Assembly (NCBI RefSeq): GCF_000179635.2
Contig: NC_014824.1
Location: 270,001 to 302,000 of the forward strand
DNA length: 32,000 nt
Source: Ruminococcus albus 7 = DSM 20455
GTDB lineage: Bacteria; Bacillota; Clostridia; Oscillospirales; Ruminococcaceae
Direction: 5' to 3'
The number at the start of each line of letters is the position of its first letter. Position 1 is the first letter of the stretch. Of this stretch, positions 9,873 through 16,171 are shown piece after piece. Both the position numbers and the translations under genes were made by a program. Under the pieces are notes generated by a model. That model saw only the letters and a program-made list of their open reading frames with translations, did not search any database and had not been told where the DNA came from.

Positions 9873-9885
9873 TTGCCTACGGCAC

Positions 9886-10380
9886 ACCGCTGGCGAAAAA
9901 TATGCGGTTGATAATGGGTTTGATTATGAATTGTTAGACAAAACCAATACGATTTCCGATTGTACGATCACGCTCAGCCACACGTCATACATCTATGACG
10001 AAACGGAAAAGGAGCCTATTGTGACCGTAAAAGATGGAACGAAGACACTTGTAAACGGTACTGATTATACTGTTTCTTATTTAGATAATAAAAATGTGGG
10101 TACTGCAGAAATCATTGTTACAGGTATCGGACAGTATTCAGGAACAACAAGCCTGACTTTCGAAATAATTGCTAAAGTTGATTCAATGCTCGGTGACGTA
10201 AACGGTGACGGCAAGATCAATGTTACCGACATCACAAAGGTAGCTGTACACATCAAAGGTAAGAAAATGCTTGATGATGCAGTACTTCAATATGCCGATG
10301 TAAACCACGACGGTAAAATCAATGTTTCTGACATTACAAAAATCGCAGCACACATAAAAGGGAAAAAATTACTATTTTAG
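9886..10380 (+). pseudogene. Surface-protein gene, 3' segment: Ig-like repeat plus type-I dockerin
   Basis: In frame with 1-521 once 522-9885 is removed. The duplicated dockerin segments GDVNGDGKINVTDITKVAVHIKGKK and ADVNHDGKINVSDITKIAAHIKGKK are present. Confidence 0.8.
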
Positions 10381-10388
10381 TTCTCGCA

Positions 10389-10421
10389 CAGGCCTGTCAA
10401 TACCGGCAGGTCTGGTTTTTT
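10389..10421 (+). terminator. Hairpin terminator of the dockerin gene
   Basis: A CAGGCCTG...CAGGTCTG stem followed by T7. Confidence 0.55.
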
Positions 10422-10440
10422 TCCTATCATCCGTATCACG

Positions 10441-10458
10441 TGTGTCACGCGTGACACA
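10441..10458. promoter_or_regulatory. 18-bp perfect palindrome TGTGTCACGCGTGACACA, copy 1 (candidate operator)
   Basis: The sequence is its own reverse complement. A second copy at 19472-19489 has about 50 nt of homologous downstream context. Confidence 0.5.
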
Positions 10459-10508
10459 AAATAAAAAATCACATTTTAACTATATAAAAATATTATTTGG
10501 ACGTTTCC

Positions 10509-10538
10509 TTGATTTTTTTTATCTACCTGTGCTATACT
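10509..10538 (+). promoter_or_regulatory. Strong sigma-A-type promoter with no ORF behind it
   Basis: TTGATT, an 18-nt spacer, then TGCTATACT (extended -10). Confidence 0.5.
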
Positions 10539-10803
10539 GTAGTCATAGAAGAGAGGAAGACTTCTCACAAGCAGATAACACTTGCTCCCTGCAGCAAAAA
10601 AGGCACCTCTTAGCGCCAAGAGGTTAACATGGCGTGAAAACTCCAGTTACCAATCATCGTTTTGCCTTTGTATAGCAAGCAACTCAAAAATGTTATTCTC
10701 CTTGTTATTCTGCTATCAGTAGGGTAGGGAACAGCCCCGAGCTCAGGCCTGTATTCATCAGGAAATCCGCAAAAGCGGATAAGTTCCATCGTTTATGTTC
10801 CTT

Positions 10804-10873
10804 TATGGTGATTCTTTGAATTTTTTCCTCCTGTTTTTTGGAATCTTCATTTTTTTATGGAGATTCTTTTTTT
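10804..10873 (+). repeat. Three direct repeats of the form T(A/T)TGG(N)GA(T)TCTT...T-run upstream of parM (candidate centromere or operator)
   Basis: The copies are TATGGTGATTCTTTGAATTTTTT (10804), TTTGGAATCTTCATTTTTTT (10838) and TATGGAGATTCTTTTTTT (10856). Confidence 0.3.
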
Positions 10874-10915
10874 ATCTGAATAAATTTTCTTATAAAATAA
10901 AGATGTCTAAAAAAT

Positions 10916-10956
10916 ACTATATATAATTTTTAATTCGCGTCAGAATCTTATATAAT
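10916..10956 (+). promoter_or_regulatory. Bipartite promoter module, copy 1 (ACTATATATAAT box, then TATAAT 29 nt downstream)
   Basis: The sequence is ACTATATATAATTTTTAATTCGCGTCAGAATCTTATATAAT. It is near-identical to 15582-15622. Confidence 0.55.
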
Positions 10957-10997
10957 AATATAGGCAAATTAAAACTGAAAATTCAGGAGGTACAAAT

Positions 10998-12170
10998 ATG
11001 ATAAACACAAAAGATTTTAAGACAAAGACTTATCTTAAAAAGGGAAATAACATAGGATCAAACAAAGCTTGGGTCATAGCTATGGATGTTGGCTACTCAG
11101 CAGTAAAGATAATGTCAAAGACAGATATCTGTTCTTTCCCATCATTTGCTATAAGAAGAAAAGATAATACAGCTTCCATAGGCGACGCTGCTCCTACAGA
11201 TATTCAGTATAAGGGCGAAGACGGTGTTATCTGGGATGTAGGAGAGATCGCTGTTGGTAAGATTTCTCAGTCAGATAGCAGTAATTCCGAAGAAATGCTC
11301 TATTCGAGAAATAGATACACTAATCCGATGTTTCTTGTTATCAGCAGAGTCGGTATCGCGCTCGGTCTGCAGGGCTACATGGGAGAGAACGGCGGCGGAA
11401 AGAAGAAAATTGTCCTCCAGACTGGACTTCCTCCTGCATATGTAAAGGCAGACAGCAAACCCTTAAAAAATATACTTAAGGGTAAGCACGAATTTTATCT
11501 TAAGATAGGAAAAGAAACATGGAAGAAATACTGCTTTGAACTGGAAGAAGAGAACATCTGGATCATGCAGCAGCCTTTAGGCTCACTTCTCGGTGCAACT
11601 CTAACTGATGAAGGAAAGCAGACTCCGGACGGAAAAGATCTTATGAACAAGAACGTCCTCATCTTCGACGGCGGATTCGGAACTCTTGATACTTTCGAGA
11701 TAATAAACCGAACAATAGGATCGACACAAACATTTGATCATCTCGGTATGAAAGCAATACTGCACAAGGCAGTAAATGATATTTATAACAAATACGACGA
11801 GGAGATAGCCGTATCTGCAATGCAGAATATTCTTAGTACCGGAAAGATCAAAAAGTACGATTCGGAAACGGTATCCACTAAAACCATAGAGATAGCAGAC
11901 ATCGTTGAGACTTGCAGTTATGATATCTGCATGGAAGCTATTAAGAGCATACGTACTATTTACAACAATCTTATCGAATACGATTATTTGCTCGTTACAG
12001 GCGGCACAGGTGATGCTTGGTTCTCGACAGTAAAAAATTATTTTTCCAAGATGGAAGGGCTCAATGTTATAGCAGCTAACAGAGCTACTACTATTCCTCA
12101 GATCTTCTCCAACGTGAGAGGTTACTATCTGTATCGTGTAACTGCACTGAATTCAAAGAAGTCAGCATGA
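10998..12170 (+). CDS. parM: ParM/StbA-family actin-like segregation ATPase
   Basis: The actin-fold motifs are present: AMDVGYSAVK (phosphate 1), LIFDGGFGTLDTF (phosphate 2) and LLVTGGTGDAW (adenosine). A GGAGG RBS is present. Confidence 0.8.
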   Translation: MINTKDFKTKTYLKKGNNIGSNKAWVIAMDVGYSAVKIMSKTDICSFPSFAIRRKDNTASIGDAAPTDIQYKGEDGVIWDVGEIAVGKISQSDSSNSEEMLYSRNRYTNPMFLVISRVGIALGLQGYMGENGGGKKKIVLQTGLPPAYVKADSKPLKNILKGKHEFYLKIGKETWKKYCFELEEENIWIMQQPLGSLLGATLTDEGKQTPDGKDLMNKNVLIFDGGFGTLDTFEIINRTIGSTQTFDHLGMKAILHKAVNDIYNKYDEEIAVSAMQNILSTGKIKKYDSETVSTKTIEIADIVETCSYDICMEAIKSIRTIYNNLIEYDYLLVTGGTGDAWFSTVKNYFSKMEGLNVIAANRATTIPQIFSNVRGYYLYRVTALNSKKSA

Positions 12171-12191
12171 TGTAAGGAGGAGGACTAGGAA

Positions 12192-12788
12192 ATGTATGTA
12201 CAGGTAAGACTCTATGTTCATCAGGATAACGACTTGATGATGATAAATAACGCTCCCGGTTTCAATCTTGACACGATCATCCACGATGCAGTGTGTGCTT
12301 TCGTCAGAGGCGAGGATTTTGAGATCCCGTCTCTAACGATAAAAAAGAAAAATATGAAGGACTCCGGCAGGATATGCGTAACATTCGATGAAAGGTCAGA
12401 TGCAGACGTTATATCTTATCTCAAAACAGTAAGATACGGGTTTATGAATGATTATCTCAAGCAGATAACCAAAAGATATATACAGAGGGATATGTTTGAA
12501 GCTGCTTTTTGCGCAGAGGAAGGTGAAAATAACAAATCTGTCAAAGGCGTTGTTTACCATAAAAAGCGTGTCAGCTTAAATGAAGAACCCAAAGAAATAA
12601 ATGTGAGCAAGAAAAACGATGTACTCAATGTGCCGGGTCAAGATCCTGCCGAAAGCAACATAGCACCTGCAGAGCCGGCGGTACAGCGGGAGATCACTTT
12701 TGAAAAAAACATCAATGATACTAGCGATGCAGGAAACAATGATACCGAGGAAATGGTCGATCTGATAGATAGCCTTATCGGTATCTAG
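12192..12788 (+). CDS. 198-aa protein in the ParR/adaptor position (function inferred from position only), with an acidic C-terminal tail
   Basis: It has an AAGGAGGAGG RBS and lies immediately downstream of parM. The C-terminus reads ...NNDTEEMVDLIDSLIGI. No domain was recognised. Confidence 0.6.
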   Translation: MYVQVRLYVHQDNDLMMINNAPGFNLDTIIHDAVCAFVRGEDFEIPSLTIKKKNMKDSGRICVTFDERSDADVISYLKTVRYGFMNDYLKQITKRYIQRDMFEAAFCAEEGENNKSVKGVVYHKKRVSLNEEPKEINVSKKNDVLNVPGQDPAESNIAPAEPAVQREITFEKNINDTSDAGNNDTEEMVDLIDSLIGI

Positions 12789-12804
12789 GAGGAAAGAAAA
12801 AACA

Positions 12805-14040
12805 ATGGATAATTTCAAAATACCATCAGACACTCTGGATAGACTCAATGATTTTGCGGATCAGATAATGGATATGATCGACGGTTCTTATCCTTTCTTT
12901 ATAGTTTACGCTACCGAAAACATGAATAAGAAGACCAACTATAAGTATTTCTATTCTATACCATCGGAATTGGGCTATAAACTCTGCGATAACAAAATGA
13001 AAGACATTCTCGATCTCCATAACATTCCCCGCGATGGAACGCCATGCTCCGTCAAGGACTTTTCAATGCCGGATGATGAAAGGGAAAAGCTTAGAAATAT
13101 CGTAAACAGCTTTATGTTTTACTGCCAAAACGCTAGGATCCCATGCTTCATTCAGATCGCAGTAGAAAATAACGCAGAAAAGAACAGCACAGAGTACATT
13201 ATGGACATCGTATCACCGTACAGGCTGTTGATAAAGCTTAACAATGATAAGATCACAAAAGTTCTGAGATATACTATGGAGTCGAATATTTATCCATCAA
13301 GGCTGATGGACCTGAAGACTGATCTGCTTGACATTAGTGAGATGGTTAATGATGTAACTAAGCTGGATCATGATCAGGAAGAAATCTATCCGGATTCTAC
13401 CGAAACTGAATTTTCTGAGATCTACTCAGCGCCTGTCTATAATCCCGAAACGGCTGAATACGATGTTATAAGCGAAATTGTAATGGACAGCGCTGAAATA
13501 ATCGAATCTATGAACAATAAGGAAACAAAAGCAATTTCGGATAATAAGATCACTCCTGTTTCTGAGCCTGTCGAAGAAAAGCCAAAGAAAAAGAGAGGAA
13601 GAAAAAAGAAGTCAGAAACGGTTCTTACCTCGGATGTTCCAAATGTTTCAACCATAGAGAAAAAGGAAGAACCGGACGAACTTCCTAAGCCCAAAAAGAG
13701 AGGAAGAAAAAAGAAATCAGAAACAGTTCCTGTTCCTGAAGAAACATCTGTAATAAATGTAGAACACAAGGAAATCCCTGATGAGGCCCCTAAGCCCAAG
13801 AAAAGAGGAAGGAAAAAGAAGACGGAAATGAATGCTGTAATTGAAACACCGGCCGCAACAAGCGCCCCTCAGAAGAAAATAAAAACAAAAGAATATTCAA
13901 ATTTGGGAGAAATCATCACTCCTATAATGAAGTCCAGCAAGAGTAAAAAGAGATCGAACTCTGCTTTGTACGAAAAATATAAAGATATTCTTGAGAGATT
14001 CCCCGATGACTTCATAGATGGCGAATACGACGATGCGTAG
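12805..14040 (+). CDS. 411-aa protein with a duplicated N-terminal domain and three AT-hook-like PKPKKRGRKKK(S/T)E repeats
   Basis: A GGAGG RBS is present. There is an internal duplication (PFFIVYATENMNKKTNYKYFYSIPSELGYKLCDNKMKDIL versus PCFIQIAVENNAEKNSTEYIMDIVSPYRLLIKLNNDKITKVL). Three basic repeats are spaced ~36 aa apart. Confidence 0.75.
   Translation: MDNFKIPSDTLDRLNDFADQIMDMIDGSYPFFIVYATENMNKKTNYKYFYSIPSELGYKLCDNKMKDILDLHNIPRDGTPCSVKDFSMPDDEREKLRNIVNSFMFYCQNARIPCFIQIAVENNAEKNSTEYIMDIVSPYRLLIKLNNDKITKVLRYTMESNIYPSRLMDLKTDLLDISEMVNDVTKLDHDQEEIYPDSTETEFSEIYSAPVYNPETAEYDVISEIVMDSAEIIESMNNKETKAISDNKITPVSEPVEEKPKKKRGRKKKSETVLTSDVPNVSTIEKKEEPDELPKPKKRGRKKKSETVPVPEETSVINVEHKEIPDEAPKPKKRGRKKKTEMNAVIETPAATSAPQKKIKTKEYSNLGEIITPIMKSSKSKKRSNSALYEKYKDILERFPDDFIDGEYDDA
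13581..13827 (+). repeat. In-frame ~108-nt periodic repeat encoding the KKRGRKKK motifs
   Basis: Three copies of CC(T)AAGCCCAA(A/G)AA(A)AGAGGAAG(A/G)AAAAAGAA at 13581, 13684 and 13789. Confidence 0.7.
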
Positions 14041-14049
14041 AAGAAAAAA

Positions 14050-14080
14050 AGACCGATTGTGACAGTCGGTCTTTTTCTAT
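14050..14080 (+). terminator. Terminator of the parM operon
   Basis: AAAGACCGA-N9-TCGGTCTTT followed by T-rich sequence. Confidence 0.65.
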
Positions 14081-14210
14081 ATTATCTCAGTTCTATATCA
14101 TGTAGTGCAGCTTGTTCTGCACACTTGAAAACTCCGGAACTGGTAAAATCAGTTATATAAATTCAAGAAACGTATTTTTATCGATTCTAATTTTCTGTTA
14201 TAATATAATT

Positions 14211-14393
14211 GCTGATGAACATTTCCGATATTTAATTATTATCCGGAGTTCAATGTCCTTTGCCAAGGACAGAACCTTCGTGGAGAGCGAAGAAAAATAA
14301 TTCCTAATAGTGGAGTGTCTGTCGGAAATCATCAGCATCTCTTGGTTTTTGGAAGGAAAGTCGGATGAGCGCAGTTCGGCTTTCTTTTTTTTT
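14211..14393 (+). ncRNA. Candidate structured small RNA (~180 nt) with its own promoter and terminator
   Basis: An extended -10 TGTTATAAT lies at 14196-14204. A long-range closing helix pairs 14211-14228 with 14322-14336, and an inner helix pairs 14232-14239 with 14296-14302. Two hairpins lie inside: GTCCTT/AAGGAC and CTTCG/CGAAG. A 10-bp terminator stem with a T9 run spans 14356-14393. There is no credible ORF. Confidence 0.4.
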
Positions 14394-14483
14394 ATTTTTA
14401 GTAATTTTCTAATAATATATATATAGACTAAAAATTCGACTCTTTTTTAGAAAGGAGGGCAAGGCGGTTTATCGCCCTGCACA

Positions 14484-15575
14484 ATGAAAAAAATCAAACT
14501 ATTATCATTTATTTTATCAGCGTGTATGTTATCCGCATGCAGCAATGAAACCAAATTCGTTGACAAAGGGAAAAAACGCATAGTCGGTGAAAACGAAAGT
14601 ATTGCAGAAGTAATGGAAAAACCTGATAAAAAAACATTTAGCGATATCCCGATCATAAAAACCATATCTGAAAATAACTCAGGTCATTTTGAGGGAAATC
14701 TGACCGTTAATGCAAAAGATAACGATATAAATTATGATGTAACTCTTGATGTCAGTGAGGATAAAAACATAAAACTGGGAATACATTCCGAAGATACCGA
14801 GTTTTCTATTTTGTATTTCAATGATTCGATGGAATTATTTGTTATCAATCCTTCCGGAAATGAATACTTTATGGATACAAAGCGTATTATCCTCAACAAT
14901 TTTGCTTGTATAAAGGATCATATGTATCAGTATGCTATCTACGCAGCCAACAATAACGGTTTTTTCAGCTTTACTGAAGACAATAAGAGCATGATGTTAA
15001 ACTGCAATTCATCTACTGTGTTTTCTGCAATATGTGAAATATTTGATCAGGTGAACGAAAATTATTCGGAAGTATACAGGCTGACAAAAGAGGATAAGTC
15101 GTTTATGTCCTTTGCAAGAGAAATGTTTAATGATACTGAACACGAATTGTCGGAGGGATTATCCAAAAACGCTATGAATGATTTCACTGAAGCTTACTGC
15201 GTCATAGCACAGAGAAAGCTTTTATCAGAGACAGATAAACTCTTCTCTTTTACTCTGACTGTTAATGATGACCTGGATCTTGAATATGAAATGAGTGTGG
15301 TCGATGAAGAGAATAAGCCTCTTTACACAATAAAAGGTGATCTCGAAAAAACGGATAAAGCCACAGAAGTTATAGCCAGACCTAAAGACATAGATGATTA
15401 CAGAGAAAAAGAAGATGATTCCTCTCAGGTCGATATAAGAGCGGATAATGATGATATCGCTCCTCAGGATGAAGATACGAATCCCGAAGAGCCGGAAGAA
15501 TGGGAGGATAACAGCTTTTTTGAAGGCAAAACAGACGATTCGGACTGGATCTCTGATGACTTTTTTAAAAAATAA
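14484..15575 (+). CDS. Lipoprotein with an acidic C-terminal tail
   Basis: The signal peptide carries a lipobox (MKKIKLLSFILSACMLSAC|S). The SD AAAGGAGGG lies 24 nt upstream and is bridged to the ATG by a small hairpin. Confidence 0.75.
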   Translation: MKKIKLLSFILSACMLSACSNETKFVDKGKKRIVGENESIAEVMEKPDKKTFSDIPIIKTISENNSGHFEGNLTVNAKDNDINYDVTLDVSEDKNIKLGIHSEDTEFSILYFNDSMELFVINPSGNEYFMDTKRIILNNFACIKDHMYQYAIYAANNNGFFSFTEDNKSMMLNCNSSTVFSAICEIFDQVNENYSEVYRLTKEDKSFMSFAREMFNDTEHELSEGLSKNAMNDFTEAYCVIAQRKLLSETDKLFSFTLTVNDDLDLEYEMSVVDEENKPLYTIKGDLEKTDKATEVIARPKDIDDYREKEDDSSQVDIRADNDDIAPQDEDTNPEEPEEWEDNSFFEGKTDDSDWISDDFFKK

Positions 15576-15581
15576 AAAATA

Positions 15582-15622
15582 ACTATATATAATTTTTTTT
15601 TAGCCTCAGTTTCTTATATAAT
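15582..15622 (+). promoter_or_regulatory. Bipartite promoter module, copy 2
   Basis: The sequence is ACTATATATAATTTTTTTTTAGCCTCAGTTTCTTATATAAT. It has the same 29-nt register as copy 1. Confidence 0.55.
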
Positions 15623-15655
15623 AATAGTAGAAAAAAAAGAAAGGACGGGATAAAA

Positions 15656-16150
15656 GTGATATACAAAATTGATAAAAATTGTATATTATACTATCAGTAT
15701 ATAAAGGAGCTGGAAAGCAATTTTGCCTTTGAGGACAGAATACAGAAATTATGTAAGATCACGGGGAGAAGCCGTTCAGATCTTGCGATAAAGATCGAAT
15801 GTAATAGAAGAGCATTCCTTAACATCACATGGAAAGACGGAGAGCCTGTTGATTTTGATTTCTCAGGAATAAACATCAATGACCTTAATATTACTCCGAG
15901 AGAGTATCATGAAAGCAACATAAATAAATATTTGGATAAAAAAGTTGCGGCAAAGCTGAAAGCTCCATTGAATTATGAGTATTTTCTTATAAATACAGCA
16001 CTTTTTATTGAGCTTCCGGATCTAGCTGATGTAACTTTCAAATTCCGAGTTAATGGGCTTGAATTACTTAACGAACAGGAAGATATAGCCATAACCTATG
16101 CAAGAAATATGGTACAAAGTCTCATAGAAGATGTTTCTTACGTTTATTAA
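15656..16150 (+). CDS. 164-aa protein with a possible HTH, GTG start
   Basis: The segment RIQKLCKITGRSRSDLAIKIECNRRAF resembles an XRE-type HTH. The ORF is the only evidence for the start. Confidence 0.55.
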   Translation: MIYKIDKNCILYYQYIKELESNFAFEDRIQKLCKITGRSRSDLAIKIECNRRAFLNITWKDGEPVDFDFSGININDLNITPREYHESNINKYLDKKVAAKLKAPLNYEYFLINTALFIELPDLADVTFKFRVNGLELLNEQEDIAITYARNMVQSLIEDVSYVY

Positions 16151-16171
16151 TAAATTTAGGAGGATACATAT

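Larger units (their letters stand above)
522..9885. mobile_element. Integrated ~9.36-kb serine-recombinase element (mobilizable-transposon-like) that appears decayed
   Basis: The flanks rejoin in frame: TAC AAA GAC | ACC GCT GGC GAA gives YKD|TAGEKYA. An AC dinucleotide sits at both junctions (520-521 and 9884-9885). Each end then has 11 nt followed by a perfect 12-nt inverted repeat, and 18 of the 23 terminal nt are identical. A large serine recombinase gene abuts the left end, and mobC, relaxase and resolvase genes lie inside. Confidence 0.75.

Noticed and set aside
10442-10627. 61-aa ORF starting in the 18-bp palindrome
   Set aside because: It starts at a non-ATG codon inside the palindrome and reads through the promoter elements. 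It has no RBS and an implausible sequence.
10700-10790. Minus-strand micro-ORF MELIRFCGFPDEYRPELGAVPYPTDSRI, reminiscent of the ...ARLQGFPDDY... motif near the C-terminus of C5 cytosine methyltransferases
   Set aside because: Only ~10 residues resemble the motif, a stop lies immediately upstream, and there is no further MTase sequence. The evidence is too weak to call even a pseudogene. A blastx search would settle it.
13437-13799. 120-aa minus-strand ORF
   Set aside because: It is antisense to the KKRGRKKK repeat region. The repetitive purine-rich DNA gives an open reverse frame (FFFLPLF repeats), so it is an artefact.
14112-14300. 62-aa ORF (TTG start) overlapping the structured RNA candidate
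   Set aside because: It has no RBS and a non-ATG start. It spans the promoter of the RNA candidate. The region is better explained by nested RNA helices and a terminator.
14211-14393. Assigning the structured RNA to a known class (T-box, c-di-GMP, THF, ZTP, fluoride, preQ1 riboswitches)
   Set aside because: None of the conserved core sequences I can recall for these classes is present. One example is the T-box AAnnnGGGUGGuACCGCG. It is left unclassified.
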